DNA of 64,000 nt, from contig OY759599.1 in the NCBI GenBank assembly GCA_963662465.1, positions 7,968,001-8,032,000 on the forward strand, given 5' to 3'. Position numbers and translations under genes: made by a program. The stretch is from Desulfatiglandales bacterium. Lineage in GTDB: Bacteria > Desulfobacterota > DSM-4660 > Desulfatiglandales > Desulfatiglandaceae. Shown piece by piece: positions 30,468 to 39,948 of this stretch (position 1 is its first letter; each line of letters begins with the position of its first letter). The notes under the pieces are model-generated. The model searched no databases. It was not told the origin of the DNA and worked only from the letters and a program-made list of their open reading frames with translations.

Positions 30468-32498
30468 TCAACACCCCGCGCTTTTCGTTTTAGGTCTTTC
30501 CGGCTTTTTCAAGGCGGGCTGAACCGGCACTGCGGGAACAGGCGACTGCACCGCGGGCATGCTCGGCGTACTCGGCCCAATGGGTACGGCTTTGATCGGT
30601 TCACCCATCCCCGCGACGTTCCAGTAAGCATTCAGACCACCAAAAAGGACTTTGATGGGTCTTTCCGTTTTCTGGGCCAGAATGCCGCCCGCCGCCATGG
30701 CCAGAGACCCGTCCCGGTCCACAATCACCAAGGGGCCTGCGCCGATTAAATAGAGGGGATTGCCGATCAAATCGGCCAGATCTACATTGTGTGCGCCGGG
30801 GAGGTTGTAATCCTGGAAATGCCCTGCCGGTCGAATGTCCACCAGGTCGAAGGTCCCGGGGAGATCCATGAGCATGCGTTTGAGCTGTGCCGGCTCGATC
30901 ATATCCGGCAGTTTAATCACCCTCTTGGGCTGGGCTGAAGCCACATCCCCCGGAGCTGCCGCTTGAATCACCGGCAATCCCGCCTGGATCCAGGCCTCTC
31001 CACCGCCCTCCATACTGGCCACCTTCTTAAAGCCTTTTCGCTCCAACAGACCGATGCCCATGCTGCTGCGGTAGGCCGAGTTACAGACGGTCACCACCGG
31101 CTGATCAGGGTCCAGTTTGAAGGCCAGGTCGCTCAGTTGGTTCAACGGCATATTCAAAACGTTTCCGATGCGAAGCCCCATCCATTCGTTGGGGAGTCGG
31201 ACGTCAACGATCACGGGGGCCGTATTGTCCTGCATTCGCTTGTGAAGCGCCAGGGGAGAAATGGCCTCATTCCGATACACGGGTTGCTTCGCCCGGGTCC
31301 AATCTTCAAAGGATAAAGCCCCCGTCACCTCATAGCCCACCCGGTGCAGACGCAACCGCGCTTCCTTCACTTCCTCCGGGCTGCCGCACAGAACAATGTT
31401 GCTGCCCCAGGGCGCCATAATCCCCACCCATGTCTCCAACCGACCCCTCAGGGCGATATTGACCGCATTGGGGATATGTCCGGCGGCAAAGCTTTTGGCA
31501 TCGCGGAGGTCCACCACATAATACCGGGATATATCCGAAAGAGAGGCATCCAGAGCCGGTTTTTTCGGCATGGGGGCATTCCAATCCACGAGAGGAGGTC
31601 CTTCACGGTTCATCCCGGCATTGTGCTTGAAATATTGCGGCGCCTGGGGCAGACCTTCCAGCACGCTCGTAATGAAATCGTTTCGACCCTTATGCTGAAG
31701 GTAGGGATTGGTAACCCTTTCCGTACCGATGGTGGAGGACGGCTCGTCCCGCAGGTGAGCCCCACAAAGGGATCCGGCCCCGTGACCGGGCAGCACGACA
31801 ACCCCATCGTCCAGCTTGGATAGCTTGTTCGTCCAGGTGTCGTAACCCATGCCCGCCAGCGTTGCGGCGGCCATGGCCCCACCCATGAGATCCGGTCGCC
31901 CGATGGAACCCACAAACAGGGTATCCCCGGTCAAAATGGCCCTGGGCGTCGCCTTGTCATCCTTGCCGAAAACCAGCGCGCACATGCCGTCGGGCGTGTG
32001 CGCGGGCGTACTCAAAAATTTAAGCGTCGCCTCTCCCCAGGGAATGGTCTCTCCATCTGACAGGGCCGTTATTTTATAAAGGGCGCCGCTGTCCTTGCTC
32101 TGATAAATGGTGCAGCCGAACCTTTTCAAAAATTCCATGTGACCGGCCACAAAGTCGGCGTTTGAATGGCTGAGAAAAACCCCTTTGATTTTCCATCCTT
32201 CTTTTTTTGCCAGCGCCAGATAAGCATTGATATCACGAGCGGGATCCACCACCAGCGCATCACTTTCGCTCACCACCATATAGGAATACTGGGACAGTAC
32301 GGAAAGGTCAAACTGGACAATTTTTACGCCCGGATAGTCATAGGTTTTGACGACCATGGGGATGGCGGCCGTATCGGCGTGAGAAGCGGACTCCGTATCC
32401 TTGATGGCAGCGCCGAATGCCTGGCCCTGAAAAAGAAATCCCGTAAACGATGCGAGCAACATGCACATCATCAACTGAAAAAAAACCAAACGTTTCAT
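30468..32498 (-). CDS. Exported MBL-fold (persulfide-dioxygenase-like) protein with three rhodanese domains
   Basis: Signal peptide; HSNADFVAGH, TPAHTP, TGDTLF..GRPDL, PGHGAGSLCG; rhodanese loop CNSAYRS; Pro-rich tail ending AGC. Confidence 0.88.
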   Translation of the reverse strand: MKRLVFFQLMMCMLLASFTGFLFQGQAFGAAIKDTESASHADTAAIPMVVKTYDYPGVKIVQFDLSVLSQYSYMVVSESDALVVDPARDINAYLALAKKEGWKIKGVFLSHSNADFVAGHMEFLKRFGCTIYQSKDSGALYKITALSDGETIPWGEATLKFLSTPAHTPDGMCALVFGKDDKATPRAILTGDTLFVGSIGRPDLMGGAMAAATLAGMGYDTWTNKLSKLDDGVVVLPGHGAGSLCGAHLRDEPSSTIGTERVTNPYLQHKGRNDFITSVLEGLPQAPQYFKHNAGMNREGPPLVDWNAPMPKKPALDASLSDISRYYVVDLRDAKSFAAGHIPNAVNIALRGRLETWVGIMAPWGSNIVLCGSPEEVKEARLRLHRVGYEVTGALSFEDWTRAKQPVYRNEAISPLALHKRMQDNTAPVIVDVRLPNEWMGLRIGNVLNMPLNQLSDLAFKLDPDQPVVTVCNSAYRSSMGIGLLERKGFKKVASMEGGGEAWIQAGLPVIQAAAPGDVASAQPKRVIKLPDMIEPAQLKRMLMDLPGTFDLVDIRPAGHFQDYNLPGAHNVDLADLIGNPLYLIGAGPLVIVDRDGSLAMAAGGILAQKTERPIKVLFGGLNAYWNVAGMGEPIKAVPIGPSTPSMPAVQSPVPAVPVQPALKKPERPKTKSAGC

Positions 32499-32596
32499 TG
32501 TTTTTCCTCCTTAAATATTGATACATTTTGTGCGAATTTCTGTTATTCTACCATAGATATAATGCCTTGGATAGCACGAATCTCCTTCCTTATTGG

Positions 32597-32750
32597 GGTT
32601 CATTGCGGATTAACGTGAAATCGCGCTTTGGGTTGTTTCGGTTCGGGCTGTAGGTGCGACTTTAGTCGCACAGGGTAGGCTTAATGTGCGACTAAAGTCG
32701 CACCTACAATCGGCTCAGAAGCCAAATCTCACGCAAATCCACGATGAGCC
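32597..32750. mobile_element. MITE-like element containing an inverted REP doublet
   Basis: Perfect inverted pair GTAGGTGCGACTTTAGTCGCACA (32650-32672) and 32685-32707, inside imperfect 25-bp terminal inverted repeats. Confidence 0.7.
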
Positions 32751-32759
32751 GTATTACAC

Positions 32760-33161
32760 TTAATCCAAATCAAGTTTGGTGTTACACTGATTACATTTCA
32801 CAACACCCCGGAAGACTTCATTTCCACATTCAGGACAAATGTAGCGGGCTTGTTCATCCGCAACAAATTTTTCTGTACCCATTTCTTTTGCCGTTGATGA
32901 TTCATCAACAATAATAAGTTTTCTAGCCCATTCATGTCTTACTTCCCATGCTTTTCTAAACAAATCTTCTACTTCTTTCTCGTCTGGGGATTCATCGACT
33001 ACACGTGAAAGTACGAACCCAAAGACATATTCGCTGGCTGCATCTAAGAGTACAAAAATGTCACAAGGTTCATCTTCTACTAGAATGAATTCTTCGTTCA
33101 CTCTAATGGCTATCCATGCTTCATTCGCTTGAAATTGATCAGGTGTAAGCATAACAAACAA
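32760..33161 (-). CDS. Hypothetical protein with C-terminal zinc ribbon, possibly chimeric
   Basis: AT-rich 133-aa ORF ending CPECG...KCNQC. Confidence 0.5.
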   Translation of the reverse strand: MFVMLTPDQFQANEAWIAIRVNEEFILVEDEPCDIFVLLDAASEYVFGFVLSRVVDESPDEKEVEDLFRKAWEVRHEWARKLIIVDESSTAKEMGTEKFVADEQARYICPECGNEVFRGVVKCNQCNTKLDLD

Positions 33162-33236
33162 TCCTTTTCATATATTTTTGGTTGAGGGTCTTAATCATAC
33201 AGAAAAAATTTCATATTATAGGGTTCTATTCGTTTA

Positions 33237-33410
33237 GAGCCTGTTTAAAAATTATCTCGTCGCGAGGTTGAGCGAGGTCTTCGAGGGCAAGGAAGCGATA
33301 AAAATGGGGCTGAAAGCGTAGTCGCGCTACGGTGAAGACCCATTTTGGTCGATGATGCAGCCATCGAAAGCCGCAGCCGACCACAGCAGGGATAATTTTT
33401 AAACAGGCTC
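33237..33410. mobile_element. 174-bp MITE with terminal inverted repeats GAGCCTGTTTAAAAATTATC
   Basis: Perfect 20-bp TIRs with TA on both sides; no coding capacity. Confidence 0.85.
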
Positions 33411-33483
33411 TAAGTTGGGGGGTAGGCATTTATCTAAGAATCCACCGCTTTGAGAGACCTTCTGAAAAAGTTTCATTTTACAC

Positions 33484-33621
33484 AGTGCCTGAAGGAAAAC
33501 CTCTAAATATAGTTTTCCAATTTTCGTTAGAGATTTATAACGATTTGATATGGTAGCGTTTTTTTTACTTAAAACTTAAAACTTAAAACCGTGCCCGAAC
33601 GAGGTTTTCGTTCAGGCACTA
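33484..33621. repeat. Element family A: full copy 33568-33621 plus inverted partial end at 33484-33502
   Basis: (CTTAAAA)3 CCGTGCCCGAACGAGGTTTTCGTTCAGGCACTA; AGTGCCTGAAGGAAAACCT at the left. Confidence 0.85.
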
Positions 33622-33641
33622 CATATGTGTTCGCGGTTGCG

Positions 33642-36278
33642 TTACGGTGTCTGGTTTACTTTTTTAACGACGCCTGAGGCGCCGTCCATTTCAATCATAT
33701 CCCCGTCTTTAAGCCTTTCCGTGAGATTCTGAATGCCGGCGATGCAGGGTTTGCCGTATTCCCGTGCAATAAGGGACCCATGCTGCAGCATCCCTCCCAC
33801 CTCCAGCAGGACTCCCGATGCATTGATAAAAAGCGGGGTCCAGCCGGGGTCAGCCGCTTTGGCCACCAGAATGTCCCCTTCTTTAATCTCCTTTTCTCCC
33901 ACATAGCTGACAATAACCACCCGGCCCTTGACGTTTCCGGCGGAAACCGGGTCCCCGATGATTTCGCCGGGCTTTACGTCCTTTCTTTTGGGCCGGAGGA
34001 TCTTACCCCTGGAGTTAATGACCGGGGGAAAATTGTTCACTTTTTCAGCGATGGCCATATATTTTCGGTCTTGAGCAATCATCTGCCTGACATCCAGCCG
34101 CTCGTCGTCAATGGCCTGTTGCACTTCATCAATCGTCAGATAGAAAATGTCTTCGAGGTCGTCGATCCGTTCCGCGCTCTTGAAATCGCGGGCAATATCG
34201 CGGGCTTTTCGTCTGATCTTATTTCCGGCATACACCAGAAAATACTTATGGATTTCGCGGTATCCTCCCAGGTTGACCATAACTTGGTAGTGTTTTTCCA
34301 GAAGTTTCCCGTCTTTGTCGTCCACTTTTTCCGTAAGGGTCTTAAAGGCTCGTTCCCGTTCTTCGGCCTGGCGCTCCACCGTGGCCCTGGGTGAATCCTC
34401 AGGCGACAGGGTTTGGTAGTTCTGCATTTGTTGAATAACAATTTCAGGCTTTTCCTGATAGCGGGGTGTTTTGACATCAACTTCACGAGGCCCTCTGAAT
34501 CCGAATCGCATCATGAAATCATCCCACTGGTTCAGAAATGCTTCCGGCACAGCACGGTTCAAAATTCGCTCTTTAAGAACATGGGTGGATTCCAGATCCT
34601 TCGGCGAAAGCAGCTTCATGAGGTCATAAATTCGACAACTCATCTCCGTGGTGATATTGTAGGGGAGCCCCCGGTCAATTTTGTCCGCTTCCTCTGCCGG
34701 AATGTCATCGTAACGCTCTTTGATGATTTTCCGAATACTGCTCTTGGCCGATTCCGCATCAACCAGGCTGGGGATGGTGACATGAATCATCAGATCCGCC
34801 TGTTTTCTAAGGGCCTGATATGAAAAGTCTTTGAAGGAAATCGGCTCCCGTTCAAGCCGGTCCATATCCGCCATAAACTGAGCGCCTTTTTCGTCGATCA
34901 GTTTTCGCAGTTCTTCAGGATGCTTTCGGCCCTTGAGAATTCCCCCAATGGTATCCCAGTTTTTAAATGAAGCCATAAACATGGCTTTTATGCCTTTTAA
35001 AATGCCTTTTGTCGTATAGTGGGCGCGATAGGGACCCATGTCCGCATCCCGAATCACCCGGGCCGCATAGATATCCAGCCCCTCGTATTCGCCCGCGGTC
35101 TTTTCCTGACCCTCCAACAGCATTTCGGCGGAGAGATTGATATAGGCGCGACCGCCGGCGCCATAGAGAAAATCACCTGGTTTTTGGGCCACATGAACCC
35201 CCGCGGCCGACATTCCCATGGCATCGGTCATTTCCCGAAAGCAGTCTGTCCCCATGACTGACATCGGCGTCTGAAATCCCTGCTCGATGAGGGTCATATC
35301 CAGATATAGTTTCTTCGGTTCGCCGGGCTCGGTCCGGAAGACGGGGTGAAGCGGAATATAGCTCGTGATGGGGCGAGCTTGCAGCATATACAGGGTACCG
35401 TCTTCATAAGCCCATTCCGTATCCATGGGCATTTCGTAATGGGTTTCCACCTTTTTGACCATGTCGGTCAGTTCCAAAATCTGCTCATCGGAGAGTGCCG
35501 GCCGGTCTGAAGCGTCCTTTGCCACCCTGGCTGTGCCGCCGGTTTCATTCAGGGTGACCGCCAGCGTTTTGTCGCCGATTTTCTTTGACAGTATTTCCCG
35601 ACTGTGCGCATCCACCACGAACTGATCCGGGACCGTGTCACCGGATACAACCGATTCACCCAGACCAAAATTGGCATTGATCACCACTTCGTCGTAGCAG
35701 TTGTTGAGGGGGTTGATGCTGAAGGCCACGCCCGCCACATCGCTTTGAATCTGGGCCATCACCACCACGGCGATGGCGTATCGGGTATGGTCAAAGCCTT
35801 TTTGCCGCTTGTAGGCCACCACTCGAAAATCAATACAGGAGATAAACACATCCCGAATACGGGCCTCAAGCTGATCCTTCGTGACACCCAGATAGGTCTC
35901 ATACATCCCGGCAAAGGATGCCCCCTGCATATCTTCTTCAGGTGAGGAAGAACGCACCGAATACATTCGGTCTTCAGGCTGTTCAAGCGCTTTGAGTTTC
36001 TCCTGAAGGATTTGCCTTTGATGCGGGCTGAATTGAAACCCGGCCGCATGTTTTTTCAGTTCGCGGGTTTTTCTTTTGAGCACCTCTTCACTGTCTGATT
36101 TGCCAAGCCGAAGGGCCTCAATCTTCATCAGTGCCTCTACCCACTCATCAAAGAACTGAACGTCAAGAACCATTCCCGCGGGAACCGGAAAGCCGGCGCC
36201 GGTCATCCTGATCAGCGAATACGCTTTTCCACCCACCTGGGACTGTGCTGCGTTTTGGTCTGTAAACAAGCAAATCAT
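33642..36278 (-). CDS. PEP-synthase-like/rifampin-phosphotransferase-architecture enzyme
   Basis: VGGKA, SVRSSSPEED..ASFAG, LQARPIT, FGFRGPREVD, DPGWTPLF...HGSLIAREYGKP swivel His domain. Confidence 0.88.
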   Translation of the reverse strand: MICLFTDQNAAQSQVGGKAYSLIRMTGAGFPVPAGMVLDVQFFDEWVEALMKIEALRLGKSDSEEVLKRKTRELKKHAAGFQFSPHQRQILQEKLKALEQPEDRMYSVRSSSPEEDMQGASFAGMYETYLGVTKDQLEARIRDVFISCIDFRVVAYKRQKGFDHTRYAIAVVVMAQIQSDVAGVAFSINPLNNCYDEVVINANFGLGESVVSGDTVPDQFVVDAHSREILSKKIGDKTLAVTLNETGGTARVAKDASDRPALSDEQILELTDMVKKVETHYEMPMDTEWAYEDGTLYMLQARPITSYIPLHPVFRTEPGEPKKLYLDMTLIEQGFQTPMSVMGTDCFREMTDAMGMSAAGVHVAQKPGDFLYGAGGRAYINLSAEMLLEGQEKTAGEYEGLDIYAARVIRDADMGPYRAHYTTKGILKGIKAMFMASFKNWDTIGGILKGRKHPEELRKLIDEKGAQFMADMDRLEREPISFKDFSYQALRKQADLMIHVTIPSLVDAESAKSSIRKIIKERYDDIPAEEADKIDRGLPYNITTEMSCRIYDLMKLLSPKDLESTHVLKERILNRAVPEAFLNQWDDFMMRFGFRGPREVDVKTPRYQEKPEIVIQQMQNYQTLSPEDSPRATVERQAEERERAFKTLTEKVDDKDGKLLEKHYQVMVNLGGYREIHKYFLVYAGNKIRRKARDIARDFKSAERIDDLEDIFYLTIDEVQQAIDDERLDVRQMIAQDRKYMAIAEKVNNFPPVINSRGKILRPKRKDVKPGEIIGDPVSAGNVKGRVVIVSYVGEKEIKEGDILVAKAADPGWTPLFINASGVLLEVGGMLQHGSLIAREYGKPCIAGIQNLTERLKDGDMIEMDGASGVVKKVNQTP

Positions 36279-36562
36279 TTTTGTTTCCTCGCGATCTTGA
36301 AAATTCAGTATGAAAATTTCCTGATTATAACGGATTTGGGGGGACGGCATTATTCGCTGAGAATTTTTGTCACTTTCGCCGATGGTTGAGTTGACAACCT
36401 AACCATGAGAAAGAGCGGGTATATAAAATGTCAGCAAACGAATCTAAGCCCAAGGCAAATCATACAATCACTCTTCCAGTCGATCAACAAGAATGTTTGG
36501 AAACAGTTCTGGATTGCTAACTTTTCCGAATCGAATTGGACGGTGCTGTTAAAACCGGTCCT

Positions 36563-36595
36563 GTCAAGCCACCGGCTCTGCCGGTGGTAATTGAC
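36563..36595. mobile_element. IS200/IS605-end-like hairpin remnant
   Basis: GTCAAG-CCACCGGC-TCT-GCCGGTGG-TAATTGAC immediately before a kinase gene that begins mid-domain. Confidence 0.5.
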
Positions 36596-36618
36596 TAGCC
36601 ATCGTTCTGATCCTTATT

Positions 36619-38388
36619 GTGGAGCGGTATGTGGACCCGAAAGAGCGTGAGAAGATGATTTCGCTCCTGCAAGCGCACGGGGAATTCAGGAATTACGAAA
36701 CCCGGTTCAAACGAAACGACGGTTCCATTATCTGGATGCGTTATTCAGCCAAAATGGTCCCGGAAAAGGGATGGATCGAAGGGGTATCCGAAGATATCAG
36801 CGATCAGAAGCTTGCTGAGATATCACTCCGGCAGAGCGAGGAGAAGTTCTCCAAACTCTTCTTTTCCAGTCCCACATGGATGGCCATTACCCGGCTTGAA
36901 GATGGGACCTATCTGGAGGTCAACGAGGCTTTTGAAGAGATTACCGGGTTTGGTCGCAGCGAAGTCATTGGACGAACATCCATGGAATTGGGTCTCTGGC
37001 CCGAGCCGAATGGAGAAAGAGAGCGGTACATGGCCCTTGCTCGAGAGCGGGGGGGCTTTCGGGAGCGGGAAGTCACTTTTTTGACCCGGGACGGTGAGCC
37101 CATAACAGCCCTCTGGTCCGCGTATGTGATGGATCTGGCAGGTGAAACGTGTCTGCTCAGCATGGTCATGGACATGTCGGAACTCAAGCGGTCCAGGGTT
37201 GAAAGGAAAGACCTTTACGCCCAGCTCTTACAGGCCCGGAAGATGGAGTTCATAGGCAGGCTGGCCGGAGGAATCGCCCATGATTTCAACAACAAACTGG
37301 TAGTGATCCTGGGGCGTGCGGAAATGTTGCTCATGGATATGGAACCGGAGAATCCCATTTATGGGAGCCTTGAAGAGATTCAGAATGCGGCCGAGGGTTC
37401 GACGGACCTGACCCGGCAGCTTTTGGCCTTTGCCCGAAAACAGACCATCGCGCCCCGGGAGCTGGACTTGAATGAAACCCTGGAAGGGATGCTCAAAATG
37501 TTGAGGCGTCTGATCGGTGAAGACATCGATCTGGCATGGCAGCCGGACACGAATCTGTGGTCGGTAAAAATGGACCCTGCCCAGATCGACCAGATACTGG
37601 CCAATCTGGCTGTCAATGCCCGAGATGCCATTGACGGCGTGGGGAAGGTCACCATCGAGACGAAAAATGTGCTGCTGGGAGAAGCCTACTGTGCCGAACA
37701 CGTTGGTTTTGTGCCCGGTGAGTTTGCGATGCTGGCGGTGAGTGATAATGGCGGCGGCATGGACGAAACGACCCTGGATCAGATCTTTGAGCCGTTCTTC
37801 AGCACCAAGGAGCTTGGAAAAGGGACGGGTCTTGGGCTTTCCACGGTTTACGGTATCGTCAAACAGAACAACGGCTTCGTCAACGCTTACAGCGAGCCCG
37901 GGAAAGGAACCACCTTCAAGATTTACCTGCCCCGCTATCAAGGAGACGCCAACCGGGAAACTTCCACCGGATCTGAGGAAACGCCTAAGGGTCTGGGGGA
38001 GACCATATTGCTGGTGGAGGATGATCCGGGTATTCTGGAAATGGTCGGGATGATGCTGGAAAGGCTCGGGTATGCAGTGCTCACGGCAAACGGTCCGGAT
38101 GAGGCCATGGAGACGGCCAGGGAACACTCCGGCAGGATACACTTGCTCATGACCGACGTGGTATTGCCCCGGATGAACGGAAAAGACCTGGCCGAGCAGG
38201 TCATGAAGATTCGGCCGGAAACCGGGACGCTTTTCATGTCGGGCTATACGGCCAATGCCATCGCCCACCACGGCATTTTAAACGAAGGGGTTCACTTCAT
38301 CGAGAAACCCTTTATGGCGGATCGTCTGGCTCGGAAGGTGAGGGAAGCGCTGGATAAGAACCACATGGGGTCGCATCTTAATTGTTAA
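36619..38388 (+). CDS. PAS hybrid histidine kinase, probably 5'-truncated
   Basis: Partial PAS, PAS, GGIAHDFNN, N/G boxes, REC; begins mid-PAS without a clear RBS. Confidence 0.85.
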   Translation: MERYVDPKEREKMISLLQAHGEFRNYETRFKRNDGSIIWMRYSAKMVPEKGWIEGVSEDISDQKLAEISLRQSEEKFSKLFFSSPTWMAITRLEDGTYLEVNEAFEEITGFGRSEVIGRTSMELGLWPEPNGERERYMALARERGGFREREVTFLTRDGEPITALWSAYVMDLAGETCLLSMVMDMSELKRSRVERKDLYAQLLQARKMEFIGRLAGGIAHDFNNKLVVILGRAEMLLMDMEPENPIYGSLEEIQNAAEGSTDLTRQLLAFARKQTIAPRELDLNETLEGMLKMLRRLIGEDIDLAWQPDTNLWSVKMDPAQIDQILANLAVNARDAIDGVGKVTIETKNVLLGEAYCAEHVGFVPGEFAMLAVSDNGGGMDETTLDQIFEPFFSTKELGKGTGLGLSTVYGIVKQNNGFVNAYSEPGKGTTFKIYLPRYQGDANRETSTGSEETPKGLGETILLVEDDPGILEMVGMMLERLGYAVLTANGPDEAMETAREHSGRIHLLMTDVVLPRMNGKDLAEQVMKIRPETGTLFMSGYTANAIAHHGILNEGVHFIEKPFMADRLARKVREALDKNHMGSHLNC

Positions 38389-38459
38389 CGGTTTGTTTTG
38401 AATAATTAATATTCAAGATGCGATTCTGATTCCCTGCTATCCTCGAAGCCTTCCCCGGA

Positions 38460-39607
38460 ATGCTCAATGCCGTAGACAGCAATTACAATATTATATGCGC
38501 GAGCAGGAAACTTGTCGAAAGTGTGGGCCTTCATCATTTGGAAGATGCCGCGGGAAGGAAGTGTTATCGCGTATGGAAAAATCCTGGAGCAAAAGCGTCT
38601 GATGATGAAAATCACTTGCTTCAAGCCGTTATGCCCAAAAACATCCTTATGGAAACCGATCTGCCGGCCCCGGGACCTGCCATACGAGCCAACGCGAACC
38701 AGATCCAACAGGTCCTGACCAACTTGGTTACCAACGCCTGGGAAGCCATGCCCGAGGGTGGGGGCGCCATTCGCCTGACCGTCAAGACCGTTTCCCCGGA
38801 GGAGATCCCCCCGACAAACCGATTCCCTATCGATTGGCGGCTGCGGGATGAGAGGTATGCCTGCCTGGAAGTGGCCGACACCGGCCGCGGAATCGAGGAA
38901 CAGGATATGGAAAAGCTCTTTGATCCGTTTTTTTCCACCAAGTTTACCGGCCGCGGCCTGGGGTTGCCCGTGGTGGTCGGAATTGCAGGGGCACATGGAG
39001 GTTTGGTCACTGTGGAAAGCGGGGTCGGGGGAAGGCGGTCAGAGGACGGAAGACGGAGGTCGGAGGGCAGAGGACGGAAGGCGGAAGTCAGGGGTCGGAG
39101 GCGAGCGGGAGCGTGTTTCGGGTCTTTTTCCCTTTGACGCTTGAAGAGGTCATCCGGCAGCCGGAAAAACCGAAGGAAGTTTCGGCAGTGGCGGGGAACG
39201 GGACGGCGCTGGTCATCGACGATGAGCCCCAAGTGCGGGAATTGACGGCAATCATGATCTCAAGACTGGGTTTCACGGTACTCGAAGCCGGGGACGGGGC
39301 TGAGGGTGTGGAAATATTCAAGGCGCACCCGGGTGAAATCCGCTGTGTGATCTGCGACCTGAGCATGCCGCGTATGGACGGTTGGGAAACCCTGTCCGCG
39401 CTTCGGAAACTGTCGCCGGGCATCCCCGTGATCCTGGCCGGCGGGTACGATCAGGCCAGCGTCATGACCGGCGAGCATGCCGAATGGCCCCAGGCTTTTT
39501 TGGGCAAACCCTATGGGTTTCAGGACCTTCGAGAGACCATAGGCCGGGCTGTCCCAAAAGAGGCTGAAAACAGGGCCGAGGCGGAAGGTTCGGATATCCA
39601 GAGTTAA
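38460..39607 (+). pseudogene. Broken hybrid kinase: PAS fragment, HATPase, frameshifted REC; no HisKA
   Basis: NLVTNAWEAM, DTGRG, GRGLGL, then a heptamer array and the GSVFRVFFPL/REC region in another frame. Confidence 0.8.
39020..39103 (+). repeat. About 12 degenerate heptamers (GGAGGTC/AGAGGAC type)
   Basis: ggcggtc agaggac ggaagac ggaggtc ggagggc agaggac ggaaggc ggaagtc aggggtc. Confidence 0.85.
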
Positions 39608-39723
39608 TGGTTGACAGAAAACGGATTTTCGGAAAGAATGAGTAGTTGAGGTTACATCCCCATCAAAACAACGTTTTATTCGGAGCCCAAGCCATGTTCG
39701 ATAGCCCGATGGCACAAGCCTTG

Positions 39724-39765
<42 letters not shown>

Positions 39766-39948
39766 CTTACCTTATTAACTTTAGAAGAAGATTGTTTAAC
39801 ATCGCCCCATGATGCTCCGGCGCCCATGAAGACGCCGGGGCTTTTTTTGGCGCCGGAGTACCGGGTCCCGATCAAGGCTGATGGAAGCATGATTCCCGTA
39901 TCAACTACACCGTCTGATTTTTTCTGATCCCTTAGGAGGCCAACGGCC

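Noticed and set aside
30462..30476. Selenocysteine read-through at GC-TGA of the MBL-rhodanese gene
   Set aside because: No evident SECIS; the TGA is explained by tight coupling to the next gene's start.
650..33621. Family-A hairpin repeats as a CRISPR array
   Set aside because: Copies are kilobases apart, with no spacers and no cas genes.
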